Origin: a virus
Lineage: Duplodnaviria > Caudoviricetes
IMG/VR virus record: IMGVR_UViG_2786546475_000015
Coordinates: 101,978 to 165,977 of that record
Reading direction: 5' to 3' (one strand)
DNA length: 64,000 nt
The translations under genes and the position numbers were made by a program. Positions 27,317 through 40,038 of the stretch are shown one piece after another (the first letter of the stretch is position 1; every line of letters begins with the position of its first letter). The notes under the pieces were generated by a model. The model was not told the origin of the DNA, did no database searches, and saw only the letters and a list, made by a program, of their open reading frames with translations.

Positions 27317-29299
27317 TTATTCCTGTCCAATAATTTCGTCAAAATTAACACCTGTATCGGTAGCCACGAAATTAAGAGTAATGAAGTTAATAGAACGTGG
27401 TGGTTTGATGTAAATCGTACCAACAAATTCGTTTCTATCTACTACATCTGGTGTATTATTAGATGTATCGGAAATAACTCTAAAGTCAATTACACCATTA
27501 CGGTTTTTGATATTAGATAAGTATCCAGATACTTCACTCTTAAATGAATTACGTGTGAATTCATCGTTAATTTCGAATAATTTGTATTTCGAGCTTTCCC
27601 CAATAGATTTTTTCAGTAAGTTGAATAATCTACGTACGTTGATGCGATCGAATGGTGTAGGGTTTTGTGAACCTGTTTTATCACCATAAAGAACAACACC
27701 AGAACCATCATCGTATGTAAATACAGGGTTAATAGAAACTTGATACATACGGTCGCGATGTGGTTTCTTAGGCTCTATTGCTAGTTTCCTAACGTCTGAT
27801 ATACGTCCACGATTTAAACCAGCAGGAGAAGCCCACGGAGCTTCTACACGGTCTGTGTAGACACATAATCCCGCGATATCAGCAGATAAAGGCATCCAAC
27901 GATATACATCATTGTACTTGTCGTACTGCATCTTGTAATTACCGTCAATAGCGATATAACTAGAATCGTAACTCATGTTATCGTCTACTGGTTGACCTTG
28001 ACTGTCCACACCTTTACGCCATGCGACTAGGTTATCTACGGCGGTATTTAATGGTAGACCTACAATCAATTCTCTTGGTGGAGAAATAAGTGCTAACGAA
28101 TCAAAACGTTGTTCCGAAATACCCGCAACATATTTTTGTACGGTTGATGCGATATCAACACTTTCACCAGCGGATGTACCACCGATTAATAAGTTTACGT
28201 ATACTGTGTCTGGATCAGAAAATAAATCCCATCCTTGTTGCCATTCACTAGCTGATACATCAGTACCACTATTACCACCACGTAGTCGTAAAATACCACT
28301 GAAACCATCAGGGAAATTCAACGCGCTACCATTCACGAATTGACTTCTACCGTTATCTAAGTAATCTGTTACGTAGATATTTGTTCCGTAAACGTCACGA
28401 TCATCTTCTTGTGTAGAAATGATGAACGCTTCGCGTATTACTTCGCCTTGACGTACCATAATCGCATATTGGTTTGAATTAATCGGACCAAAGCTGAAAT
28501 TAGATCTAAAATCTACTGTACGTGTATTACCAGTTGGGTATTCTTCTAATTCAACGATACCATCATTGGCTTGCCAATCAGCGTATGAAGCGATTTCAAT
28601 ACTCATTTGGTTACCAAAAGTACCCGCGTATTTAGCGCTTAAATTAGGGATACCGATTGCTTTACATTGTTCTGAAAATGTTCCGTTAATTTTATCTAAC
28701 GCATCTTCATCATTTAACGTTAATAGACCGCTATCAGTTACAATACCTAATGTGGTAATACTCGCACCTGTACCGATGTTAGAATCAACGTCAACAGTCC
28801 AATCCGCGCTTAAATCTGGATATTCACCATTCTCTTTAGCGGTTGCGATGATAGAAGCGTTTGGAATGTATACAGACTGAATTTTACCGTCTGTGTCAAC
28901 TTCTGTTACTTTACCATTTTCTTCGACTACCGCACCATCACGACGAACTGTAACAGTATCACCGACCGCATAAGCGTCACCAGCGGTAGCGATTGTGTAT
29001 GAAATAGTTTCGTAAATAGCGGTTGCGTTTTTAGCGGTATCTTCATTTAAAATACGTACAACGCGTAAATCGCTACCATATTTCAAGAAGTTGATACCAC
29101 TTAATACTGATTCATAAGTTGAATTGTCAGGTTGACCAAAACGGCTTACTAAGTCGGCTTCTTGGGTAACTTGTTCAGTACGATATGCTGAACCCCAATT
29201 AAATTTACCAACCATTGCCGCACGACCAGTTGAAGCCCTAACAATGCTACTTGTGATAGTAGTTTCTCTTGTATTAATTCCCGGACTTAATTGTGCCAT
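27317..29299 (-). CDS. gp18: tail sheath protein
   Basis: LSPGI..RET...STGRAA..GKFNWG; FDRINVRRLFNLLK; IKPPRSINFITLNF. Confidence 0.97.
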   Translation of the reverse strand: MAQLSPGINTRETTITSSIVRASTGRAAMVGKFNWGSAYRTEQVTQEADLVSRFGQPDNSTYESVLSGINFLKYGSDLRVVRILNEDTAKNATAIYETISYTIATAGDAYAVGDTVTVRRDGAVVEENGKVTEVDTDGKIQSVYIPNASIIATAKENGEYPDLSADWTVDVDSNIGTGASITTLGIVTDSGLLTLNDEDALDKINGTFSEQCKAIGIPNLSAKYAGTFGNQMSIEIASYADWQANDGIVELEEYPTGNTRTVDFRSNFSFGPINSNQYAIMVRQGEVIREAFIISTQEDDRDVYGTNIYVTDYLDNGRSQFVNGSALNFPDGFSGILRLRGGNSGTDVSASEWQQGWDLFSDPDTVYVNLLIGGTSAGESVDIASTVQKYVAGISEQRFDSLALISPPRELIVGLPLNTAVDNLVAWRKGVDSQGQPVDDNMSYDSSYIAIDGNYKMQYDKYNDVYRWMPLSADIAGLCVYTDRVEAPWASPAGLNRGRISDVRKLAIEPKKPHRDRMYQVSINPVFTYDDGSGVVLYGDKTGSQNPTPFDRINVRRLFNLLKKSIGESSKYKLFEINDEFTRNSFKSEVSGYLSNIKNRNGVIDFRVISDTSNNTPDVVDRNEFVGTIYIKPPRSINFITLNFVATDTGVNFDEIIGQE

Positions 29300-29358
29300 A
29301 ATTGTTATTATCCTATTTTACTATCAATTATATTTATTATTTAGTGTTAAAAAATTAG

Positions 29359-31304
<1,946 letters not shown>

Positions 31305-31312
<8 letters not shown>

Positions 31313-31583
31313 TTGTTTTTAATTGCTGAAATACTTCTACTTGTCTAGGAGCGTCACTATTACGAGCATTTTCTAAAGCATTTTTTAACATTTCGAAACC
31401 CATTTGTTCTACTTTGTTTAAATTAGTTCTAGATAATTCGTAATCTTGGTTTAACTCACTATCTTGACTTTCATGATCTGATTGTATTTCCATTAGTTTA
31501 AATGGTTCTAACGGTTCGTTTTCTATACTGTATTCAGCTAATTCCGTTAACATTTTAGACTGATCAATATTAAATTCACTCAT
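31305..31583 (-). CDS. gp16: terminase small subunit, N-terminal part (split gene)
   Basis: ELNQDYELSRTNL...LENARNSDAPRQVEVF matches T4 gp16 DLEDDYGVVRRNM...LETAKNADSPRHMEVF. Confidence 0.8.
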
Positions 31584-32391
31584 TGTTTATACACTCGCCA
31601 CCTTGACCACGAATAGTACTATCCGTTGGTATTTCTTCGTTTTCACTCATAGATTTTTTGGATGCGGAATTTTGATCGTCGCACGATTCTATATCATACG
31701 ATTCGAAATTACCTTTATCAGATTCATTGACCGTATTACCATAAAAATCTAAATATACACGCTTAATAACACCATCAAAATCAATCTCTGGTGGATAAAT
31801 ATAACCTTTAAGTATAAAAATAATAGACCATTCAATTCTACGTTGTTCTTCTGGTGCACCCATAATATCTTCTTGTGGTATTACGGATGATAAAGTTATA
31901 TCTACGTTTCTATCTACAACGCTATCACCAACATGCTCTTTTATCTTTGCTGTGTATGTCGGATCAAAGAATGGAATTATTTGTTCTACTATCTGAAAAG
32001 CGTCTGATTCGTGTCGTGTCCATATACTTAATGTATATGTAATATTCCACGGAACAGGGTTATAAAAACCTTTATATTTACCGTCAGAATTGTATTTAGC
32101 GTTTCTTACTACGTTATTACCTCTGCGTTGGCTGTCATAAGCCATATCAGTAATTTCTAGGCTCATACGCGGTAAAATAGTACGGATATTAGCTTGTCCG
32201 TTTGTATTAGCTTGTTCTAATCTAGATTGTAATTTTCTAGCGTAATTTTCTTTACTAGCATATGTAATGGGAACGTCGATATAACGATTCCCATCTTGCC
32301 TTTCTCTTAACACTTGAATATCAGAAAATAAAACACCCATCAATTGGGTATAATTTCTGATACATTTATAATAAAACTTCTTACCAAGCAT
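31576..32391 (-). CDS. gp15: tail sheath stabilizer / terminator
   Basis: FY..IRNY..LMG.LFSDIQV.R, VPITYASKE, TILPRMSL, QIVEQIIPFF.P. Confidence 0.93.
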   Translation of the reverse strand: MLGKKFYYKCIRNYTQLMGVLFSDIQVLRERQDGNRYIDVPITYASKENYARKLQSRLEQANTNGQANIRTILPRMSLEITDMAYDSQRRGNNVVRNAKYNSDGKYKGFYNPVPWNITYTLSIWTRHESDAFQIVEQIIPFFDPTYTAKIKEHVGDSVVDRNVDITLSSVIPQEDIMGAPEEQRRIEWSIIFILKGYIYPPEIDFDGVIKRVYLDFYGNTVNESDKGNFESYDIESCDDQNSASKKSMSENEEIPTDSTIRGQGGECINNE

Positions 32392-32393
32392 AA

Positions 32394-33125
32394 TTAATCC
32401 TCTGAAAATGGCGAATGTTTACCATTAATTGATTCGAAATCATCAATGTAATCTGAATCATTTTTTAATTGTTCTCTTTCTTCGCCATTAGTTGTATCGT
32501 TTTGACCATCTATATTATTTATCAACTCGACACTACTTAATTCAAATTGAGATACATCGAATGGTGTACCATCCTCAACGGTTTGTATATCCATTTGCTC
32601 ACCGCTATAAGTGAATTTCTGTGCTACAACACTTCTCATAGGGTTTTTACCTAATGGGAAAAATGGTGTATCAGGTTCTACCCAATTAATCTCAAATAAA
32701 TCTTTACCTAATTTAAAGAAAATTAAGTCACCTTCTCTTGGTTCATCCATACCAGTTTGTATAGCGAACGTTTTCGGATTAATAGTAAAAGTCAATTCGT
32801 CATTAACTTGGTATCCGAATTTATCAAAGAAGTCTTGTTGACCTTGATAGCCTTCAAAGTTTTCGACATACATGGATATTTTTTTAGCTTCTTTAAATGA
32901 ACTATTCGGAGCTTCACCAAAGAAATTATCAAAATCAACTATCTCTCTTTTTAAATAGAAACATTCAACTCCACACCAATTGATTGATTGTGCTACTAAC
33001 GTGTCATGTAATTGTTGTTGATTTACATGATCGAAATTACTAGCGTAAGGATTAGTTACGCTAGATTCTCTTGTTTTGTTAAATCCCAATCCACTTTCTA
33101 ATTGGGCGAATAAATTATTATCCAT
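32394..33125 (-). CDS. gp14: neck protein
   Basis: LFAQLE...Q.L.DTLVA.SI...G, FEGY.G...FF.KFG.QVNDE, LFEINWVEP. Confidence 0.93.
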   Translation of the reverse strand: MDNNLFAQLESGLGFNKTRESSVTNPYASNFDHVNQQQLHDTLVAQSINWCGVECFYLKREIVDFDNFFGEAPNSSFKEAKKISMYVENFEGYQGQQDFFDKFGYQVNDELTFTINPKTFAIQTGMDEPREGDLIFFKLGKDLFEINWVEPDTPFFPLGKNPMRSVVAQKFTYSGEQMDIQTVEDGTPFDVSQFELSSVELINNIDGQNDTTNGEEREQLKNDSDYIDDFESINGKHSPFSED

Positions 33126-33126
33126 A

Positions 33127-34044
33127 TTACCCCATCATGATAGGTGAAGGTGCTTGCAATTCGTATAATTCTTCTTTCATTTTATCTAATTCGTCTTTCG
33201 ATTCTTGCATCATAGTCCTACCGTCGATTTGAATACCTCCGGGAAGGTTCATGCCTTGGTTTTTAGATAAAACAACACCATTAATATATTTAACTAATTG
33301 GGTAGAATAATCTTTAACCCAACGGTTGTTATATACATTTCTCTGGTCTAAGTCTGTATTTTCACTAACGCCAATACTTTGTAATTGATTATTTGGGTTA
33401 TTCCAAACATCATTACTAGATGCTAAGGAATCGGTTACGCCAATATTAGCGTTACCCACTGATAATTCAGCATCACTTCTATCTACGTATGTCGCGATAT
33501 ATACTTCTAACATTAACGCTTCGCCTTTACCCAATCCATCAGGAACATTGAATAATTTACTACCATTATCAAAATCCCAAATAGGAATAGGCGTTAATAA
33601 GTCTTGCATTAATTTTGTATACGACATTAACATACTGTATGTAGATAAATCGCCAGCACCAGATAAAGGACTGTAATAATGAACACCACCAGTGTTAGCA
33701 CCAGTGGTTAATCCATTAAGAAAGTCTGTAACCCATGCGTAAGTAGTATTACCATCCATAGTCCAATTAGATGCTGAATCAGAACGTAAAACGTTGGTTA
33801 CCGCAAATACTGGATAATTGGATAAATCAAACGTATATTGACGACTATCATCATTAGAACCGCTAATCGTTATAAACGATTTTCTAACACCGTCATAATG
33901 ATATTGACCGTATAATTCAATTGCTTGTTCAATAGAGTGATATATTTGATCTTGCGTCACTTCAACAGGGATAATAGGCGCACCCAAACGACTTAGTATT
34001 AAATCTTTTAATTGTTGTGGGTTATTGCATGTATTACTTATCAT
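33127..34044 (-). CDS. gp13: neck protein
   Basis: NPQQLKDLILSRLGAPII.VEVT.DQIY, YNNRWVKDY, GMNLPGG. Confidence 0.94.
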   Translation of the reverse strand: MISNTCNNPQQLKDLILSRLGAPIIPVEVTQDQIYHSIEQAIELYGQYHYDGVRKSFITISGSNDDSRQYTFDLSNYPVFAVTNVLRSDSASNWTMDGNTTYAWVTDFLNGLTTGANTGGVHYYSPLSGAGDLSTYSMLMSYTKLMQDLLTPIPIWDFDNGSKLFNVPDGLGKGEALMLEVYIATYVDRSDAELSVGNANIGVTDSLASSNDVWNNPNNQLQSIGVSENTDLDQRNVYNNRWVKDYSTQLVKYINGVVLSKNQGMNLPGGIQIDGRTMMQESKDELDKMKEELYELQAPSPIMMG

Positions 34045-34052
34045 ATATCACC

Positions 34053-35282
34053 TTACATTGGAGAAATAAACAACGAATAATCTTCGATAGTTACGTTACC
34101 AGTAGTATTACTTAATGTTACACGTAATCCAATTTCATCTTGATCTTCTAGTAAAATAGGTTCAGCCATATCTAAATAACCACGACCGTCATTGTACAAA
34201 CGTGCGTAAGCGTTAATACCCGTTGGTAATCCGTTTTTGTAAACTTGGAATTCAGCCCATTGGTTATTCAAATTAGTATTTTTTAACAACACACTCGCAT
34301 GTACTACATAAGCACCGCCAGTAGTGGCGATAATCGCTGTTTCTTCTTCCGCGCCGATGGTAACGTTTCTATTAACACTCATTTCAACGGTATCATCGAT
34401 TACCATAGGAACGAATACACCCGCTTGATTGATAGCGGTTTGGCTGTTATTAACACTTAATCGAATACCGCCATATGAAAGCATACGTTCGATTTCAGTT
34501 TCTAATACTTTAGTACGTAATTCTAAACCAGTTTCCGAACCTAGTTCATCACTACCTACCTGTTGTTTTAGTTTAGTGATATCAGTTTGATTATCTTCGA
34601 TAGCCGATTCATTACTATTAACACTTGTAGATATTGATTCTATACGCGATTTAATACCAGTAGCGGCGTTAGCTAATTCTACATTACCGTTAATATCGTA
34701 ATCGGTATAATTACCAATTTCAGTTTTGATGTAATAAATATCCTCAAAACCAGAACGGTCGGTAACATCCTCTGTAACTCTAGTACCTAAACTATCTTGT
34801 ACAGAAAATAAATCAGAACTTAAACTATTAATCGTACCAGTTTGACCAGAAACTTGACTACTTAAAGTATCGTAGTTTTGTTGGATAGTATCTAAACTAG
34901 AATTAATAAAACTGATATTTTCATCATTATCCGATGTATAATTTTGTAAATTACCAACATCGGTAGATAAATCGTTTACCGCAGTAATTAATTGTGTATA
35001 ATCACCGATACCGTCAAATAGATCACGTAGAGAATTAACTTCTACAATAGTTTCATTCAATTTAACAGTAATAGAATTGATATTAGTGTCATTTTGTTTA
35101 ATATCGTTGTATAATTGCCATTGTACGCGGTTTAATCTACCGCTATAATCTATATACTCATTAGGCGTATTACCACCACTCAGCGGTTTTTCGCCGTTTT
35201 GTAACCATTGTACTTGACTTTGACCACCTGTTTCTGGTAGATGTACATATGGGATACTGTTTACATTTATTTGCGTAATCAT
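34053..35282 (-). CDS. wac: fibritin (whisker/collar)
   Basis: Between 12 and 13; IPYV.LP..GQ..VQWL.NGE...G.LNR N-domain; long coiled coil; late promoter 35302-35309. Confidence 0.85.
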   Translation of the reverse strand: MITQINVNSIPYVHLPETGGQSQVQWLQNGEKPLSGGNTPNEYIDYSGRLNRVQWQLYNDIKQNDTNINSITVKLNETIVEVNSLRDLFDGIGDYTQLITAVNDLSTDVGNLQNYTSDNDENISFINSSLDTIQQNYDTLSSQVSGQTGTINSLSSDLFSVQDSLGTRVTEDVTDRSGFEDIYYIKTEIGNYTDYDINGNVELANAATGIKSRIESISTSVNSNESAIEDNQTDITKLKQQVGSDELGSETGLELRTKVLETEIERMLSYGGIRLSVNNSQTAINQAGVFVPMVIDDTVEMSVNRNVTIGAEEETAIIATTGGAYVVHASVLLKNTNLNNQWAEFQVYKNGLPTGINAYARLYNDGRGYLDMAEPILLEDQDEIGLRVTLSNTTGNVTIEDYSLFISPM

Positions 35283-35310
35283 TTATGTAACCTTTTATTT
35301 TTATTTATAT

Positions 35311-36699
35311 TTACAACCAAGGAATGCGTCTACGCATAATTACAATAAACTTATCCTCGCTAGCGGGTAGTTCAAAACGTTGTAATGAATAATTATAGAA
35401 CGATCCTTCATTAGATAATCCATTGATGTTACCGTTATTAAATTTAGAGCTATAAAACCCGCCTACATTCCATACTGTATTAGCGTTATTAATGTAAACG
35501 ATAGCATATTCGTAACCGTCGATATCCCCTTTCGGTACATACATTACACTTGATGAACTTCTACCAGTACCCGCGTTGTAATATTCTTCCCATCCTTGAA
35601 TGTCATTTTCTAAATCATCAACTCTTTGTCTTAATTGACTAGCTCCATAACTACTTAAAGCCGATGTTTGTGATGATGAAAACAACGTATTCGACAAACG
35701 AGTTAAACCAAACTGACTTTCATCAGTAGCAGTAGCACGTACCGCATTCAACGCCGCTGGCGTAATAACTCTAGAAGAATCTGTTAAATCTTTAGCTTCT
35801 TGTGTACCAGCTAATTCGACTAAACCTTTATCGTTTGTCGTAGCGTTTAAGAAATCCAAATTTGCGGGTGTAACAGCTAAATCGTTTCTATTCTTTGAAA
35901 ACGCTTCATTATCGGTTGCTAATTCAACTAAACCTTTTTGAGTCGTTGAAGCGTTAAGACCATTTAATTTTAATGGCGTAATAACGCGTGTATCGCTCGA
36001 CAAGGCGTTTGTTTCTGATTGGGTAGCAACTCTAGCAGTACCAAAGTTTGATTCGCTTGCGTTAGCTCTAGCGAACGTATATGGACTGATAGCGAACCCA
36101 TCGCGTATAGTTCCCGCGCTTGTCTCGGTAACCGTAGCTAATTCAACACTACCCGAAACGCTTTCGGTAGCAGTAGCGACAGTATCAGTAAACGTATCGA
36201 TCATTTCTTTAACACGTAATGGTGTTGTCGCCGTTGTATTATCTGTACCACCAGTGGCTTGAGCCGAAGAAGAAAACCTAACAGTACCGTATGTAGTTTG
36301 ATCGGCATTTCTGTTATCAAAAATGTAATGTACGTTCTTCGGTGTTGTCGCCGCTGTATCAAATGTTGTGTTAAGCGATTCTGTATCAGTTGCATAACGA
36401 GTCCAACCGACATTAGTTTCGGTTGCATTCGGTTGATCCAACGCATATGATAACAGTGATGGTGTTACCGCTTTAGAAGTATCAGTACCATCGTCGATAT
36501 CAGATTCGGTAGCTAATAAAATTAAACCAGATTCAGAAGTGGTGGCATAATTAAGACCACCATCTAAAGCTTGACTACCAAGACCATCTAAAGCACTTTG
36601 TAAATCAGTAACATTACTAGCGAATGGTGTATTAGTCGGATCAATAGAAACGCTATACGCGGCATCGCTAATGTGTTTGTCTATATTATTATTTCTCAT
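35311..36699 (-). CDS. gp12: short tail fiber
   Basis: NN..KHISD.A..V..DPT; repeated AT....G.V.LAT..E...G......VTP units. Confidence 0.9.
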   Translation of the reverse strand: MRNNNIDKHISDAAYSVSIDPTNTPFASNVTDLQSALDGLGSQALDGGLNYATTSESGLILLATESDIDDGTDTSKAVTPSLLSYALDQPNATETNVGWTRYATDTESLNTTFDTAATTPKNVHYIFDNRNADQTTYGTVRFSSSAQATGGTDNTTATTPLRVKEMIDTFTDTVATATESVSGSVELATVTETSAGTIRDGFAISPYTFARANASESNFGTARVATQSETNALSSDTRVITPLKLNGLNASTTQKGLVELATDNEAFSKNRNDLAVTPANLDFLNATTNDKGLVELAGTQEAKDLTDSSRVITPAALNAVRATATDESQFGLTRLSNTLFSSSQTSALSSYGASQLRQRVDDLENDIQGWEEYYNAGTGRSSSSVMYVPKGDIDGYEYAIVYINNANTVWNVGGFYSSKFNNGNINGLSNEGSFYNYSLQRFELPASEDKFIVIMRRRIPWL

Positions 36700-36708
36700 T
36701 TATAAACC

Positions 36709-37356
36709 TTATGATGTTCTTTTCCAAGCGTATACGGTTACGCCTGTAAATTTTTCGTATTCGCCTAATTTAATCCATGTACCAAAACCACCGCGAGCAT
36801 CTACAACACGTTCACCAGTAATAGTAATACCGTTATTAGAATCACTAGTTTCTTCATGATTTCTATTATCCAAAAATTCGATTTCGATAACATTAGTTGA
36901 CACCACATTAATATCTGAAATTAAAATACCATTAGCTACTAAGTTAGTATTAAACCAGTTAGTAACCTTTGTAGTAACCGTATCATTGTCATCGTTTTGG
37001 GTGACTGGTATTTTATAACCGTAAACTAATACATTATCGCTACTAGCCGTTCCAGTGAATGTTAAACGCTCCACCGATGGGCTACCCGCTGGATTTAAAT
37101 CTTCTGTGGTTTCTAATATACCATTAACTGGTATAACCATTGAATTTGCTATATCATCGATAGCGGCTTGGATAGTTGGATATTTAATACCAGCCTTAGC
37201 TTGTTCTAGACTTGTAGAACCTACTGTATTCGTACCACCGATAATACCAGCGGGTACATTATCCTGTTCGTATTGCAACGTATTAGCCAATCTAGAAAAG
37301 ACTTTAGCGCCTTCTCTAGATTTACTGTATGCGTTATTATTGATATAATCACTCAT
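36709..37356 (-). CDS. gp11: baseplate wedge / short fiber connector
   Basis: SRLA..L.Y...IGG...G.....Q...G..YP.IQ.AIDDI; GFGTW..LG...Y.WKR. Confidence 0.9.
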   Translation of the reverse strand: MSDYINNNAYSKSREGAKVFSRLANTLQYEQDNVPAGIIGGTNTVGSTSLEQAKAGIKYPTIQAAIDDIANSMVIPVNGILETTEDLNPAGSPSVERLTFTGTASSDNVLVYGYKIPVTQNDDNDTVTTKVTNWFNTNLVANGILISDINVVSTNVIEIEFLDNRNHEETSDSNNGITITGERVVDARGGFGTWIKLGEYEKFTGVTVYAWKRTS

Positions 37357-39191
37357 TCTGTTCTAACCCATGTATAAGCTGTAATAGACGGTTGTACGAC
37401 TGATATATCATTAGGATTTTGTACACCATCATTAACGTTTATTTGACTTTCTCTATATTTTCTAAGCGCGGGACCACTATCGGGATCATCTTGACAAGAA
37501 CCGATAACCACACCACCGTTTTCGTCAACCACCAAAACACTATCACCGCTTGTTAATTCTGGTATATTAGTTGCGTCTAATTCAACACTAGTCGAACCAA
37601 CAGTACCACCAGCGGTGTGTCTAGGTACTTCGTTTTCGTCTAAATCATTATTATTCAGACCAAATAACGGGTTATAAGGATCTGTACTAGAATCCCAACC
37701 TACAATTGTTCTACCTTCTGCATATCTAACCCATTTACCAAATCCCATGTAATCAGCAGGGTTATTAGGGTTATTTGCATTAGTATAAACAGAACCAACA
37801 GGAAATATAGATTCTAAAAATGATGTAACATCAGCAAACCTAACATTACTTTCAACACCAGCGACTTGTTCAGTATTACTTGGTGATGGATTTTCAGGAT
37901 CGATGTATCTAATTTTACCACTACGGTTAAAACGATATTCGGTATTCATGAAAACATTTTCGGCTTTCTCTTTTATACCGCCTACACCTTCCCATTGTTC
38001 TAATGTTCCGATTTGATTATCAAACCATTTAACAGTAACGATATCGCCACTTTCAAAACCTTGAATGATATAAAAGCGGTCATATTTACCGTCTTGGTTT
38101 TGTAATAAAGTAAAGTCCTCTGACGTTGGTAACCATTCACCACCGTTTGAAATACACGTTTGTTCGTCACTACCACCAGCACCGACACAAACAAAATTTG
38201 GTTCGCCTACTTCACTACTAGATGTTAATTCGCGACCGTTTAAATGTAATTCAAATGAGTTGGGGTTTACGTGGGCTAATTCAGACAATCCAAAATCTTG
38301 TAATGTCCAAATTTTCTTATCGCTTAACCCGTTTACCACAACGATTTCTTGACTTGTATCTTGTTCAATAGTATCACTAGAATCAAATACCTTTATGGTT
38401 TCTTTATTGTAAGATGTTCTAAAGTTAGTAAGACTGTCAGAATAACTAACGAACGTAATAACGTCACCCGTATTTAAAGGTTCGCGTAATCTAATCGTAT
38501 TACCATCTAAGGCTACAATTCCAGTTACTTGCGGATCTTCTGGATCAGCCATAGAACCGTAATCAGAATCATCCGTTAATTCGTTTCCGTAATATAATAA
38601 GTTACCGCGTTTATAAACTTCTAAGTTATTAATATCGTATGCTATTGGGAAAATATCAGTAAAATCGGTTTGTCCGTCTACTTCAACAATATATTCTCTC
38701 TTAGCTACGGTAGGAATATCGGATACCGTAATTTTATCAATCAATTTATTATCAATAAAATCCCAACGGTTAGGACTGACGTAAACTAATTCAACATCTT
38801 GCCAATTGCGATTTAAATTAAATGGGTTATTTGAACCTTTAATTGTATCACCACTAGCTGGATATATTGTTACGTCATTCTCATTCCAATTACCCCATAC
38901 ATCGCGTAATTTAATCACCTTACCGTAATCAGTAGCATCACCGTTAGGTAAATTAACGACTACTGGTGATGTAGTCGTATCAATAACATACGAGCGACCG
39001 AAATCGGCACTTAGTGTCGCAGTATTAGAACTGTCTACTAAATGCCAAGCACCCGCACTGAATACACGTGAACTATCACCTAATTCACCATATATATCGT
39101 TAAAGTTATCGTTTATCTTTTCGCCACCGCGACGAATGTAATCACCTGTTCCATCGTCTACGGTACTACCTAAATTAATTTGCTGTTTCAC
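37353..39191 (-). CDS. gp10: baseplate wedge subunit / tail pin
   Basis: MKQQINLGSTVDDGTGDYIRRGGEKINDNF; NPNNPADYMGFGKW; VQPSITAYTWVR. Confidence 0.95.
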   Translation of the reverse strand: MKQQINLGSTVDDGTGDYIRRGGEKINDNFNDIYGELGDSSRVFSAGAWHLVDSSNTATLSADFGRSYVIDTTTSPVVVNLPNGDATDYGKVIKLRDVWGNWNENDVTIYPASGDTIKGSNNPFNLNRNWQDVELVYVSPNRWDFIDNKLIDKITVSDIPTVAKREYIVEVDGQTDFTDIFPIAYDINNLEVYKRGNLLYYGNELTDDSDYGSMADPEDPQVTGIVALDGNTIRLREPLNTGDVITFVSYSDSLTNFRTSYNKETIKVFDSSDTIEQDTSQEIVVVNGLSDKKIWTLQDFGLSELAHVNPNSFELHLNGRELTSSSEVGEPNFVCVGAGGSDEQTCISNGGEWLPTSEDFTLLQNQDGKYDRFYIIQGFESGDIVTVKWFDNQIGTLEQWEGVGGIKEKAENVFMNTEYRFNRSGKIRYIDPENPSPSNTEQVAGVESNVRFADVTSFLESIFPVGSVYTNANNPNNPADYMGFGKWVRYAEGRTIVGWDSSTDPYNPLFGLNNNDLDENEVPRHTAGGTVGSTSVELDATNIPELTSGDSVLVVDENGGVVIGSCQDDPDSGPALRKYRESQINVNDGVQNPNDISVVQPSITAYTWVRTE

Positions 39192-40030
39192 GATTCAACC
39201 TTAATTGTTTCAATCACTTTTACGGTAAATGTAATTCTACTTAATGTCGTAAATATATTAGCTATGACATTATTACCAGATAACGTCCATTCTACGGAAT
39301 ACGGTCTATTACCCTTTTCAATAATAGAATATTCGTCGGTAATGATTCCATCGTCATCAACTAACATTAATAATTCTGAAATCGATTTGTTATTACCGTC
39401 TAAGTCACTTGAATAAATCATTAATTTAACGCCATTGTATAAATCTTTATTGAATAGATTCATAGTTTGACTAATTACATTCGTTACTTCGATAGTAGAA
39501 TTAACTGGTACTGAATAATCGCCACTAATGGGTTCTATTTTATACGTCCATTCTACCGAACCTACTTCGTCGTTAACGCATGTGAATATTACTTTAGAAT
39601 AAATGTTTTCAAATTCTACTGCATTACTAGAACCATTTATCGATTCACCTTGTTGCGGCGCGACTATAAGTGGGTTAATATCCCAAGAACCGATACTATC
39701 TCTGAATACAACCATTTCACCCTGTTTACCATTTGGTAATGTAGCGGTTAATGGATTATCCGTTGTATCAATATCATGCATAGTACCAATTTCTACTGGA
39801 CCACTAGTATAATATTCAATAGGATATTTTTGATAATAACTAGTAGCGTGTAGTTTTTGTAAACCTACACCATATTCTTGTTCATCAAATAATCTAATAT
39901 CACCAAATGTATTATACAAAGCGTCTAAGTTCTGATTAAGCTTTGTACCACCTTCGTATAAGTTATCACCAGTTGACGCATCACCAGCTTGACCAGTATC
40001 TATTCTTTGTTTTTTAATTTGCTCTGCCAT
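39188..40030 (-). CDS. gp9: baseplate long tail fiber connector
   Basis: K..IDTG..G.ASTGD.LY.GG.KLN.N..ALYNTFGD.R, LHAT.YYQK. Confidence 0.93.
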   Translation of the reverse strand: MAEQIKKQRIDTGQAGDASTGDNLYEGGTKLNQNLDALYNTFGDIRLFDEQEYGVGLQKLHATSYYQKYPIEYYTSGPVEIGTMHDIDTTDNPLTATLPNGKQGEMVVFRDSIGSWDINPLIVAPQQGESINGSSNAVEFENIYSKVIFTCVNDEVGSVEWTYKIEPISGDYSVPVNSTIEVTNVISQTMNLFNKDLYNGVKLMIYSSDLDGNNKSISELLMLVDDDGIITDEYSIIEKGNRPYSVEWTLSGNNVIANIFTTLSRITFTVKVIETIKVES

Positions 40031-40038
40031 AATTTACC

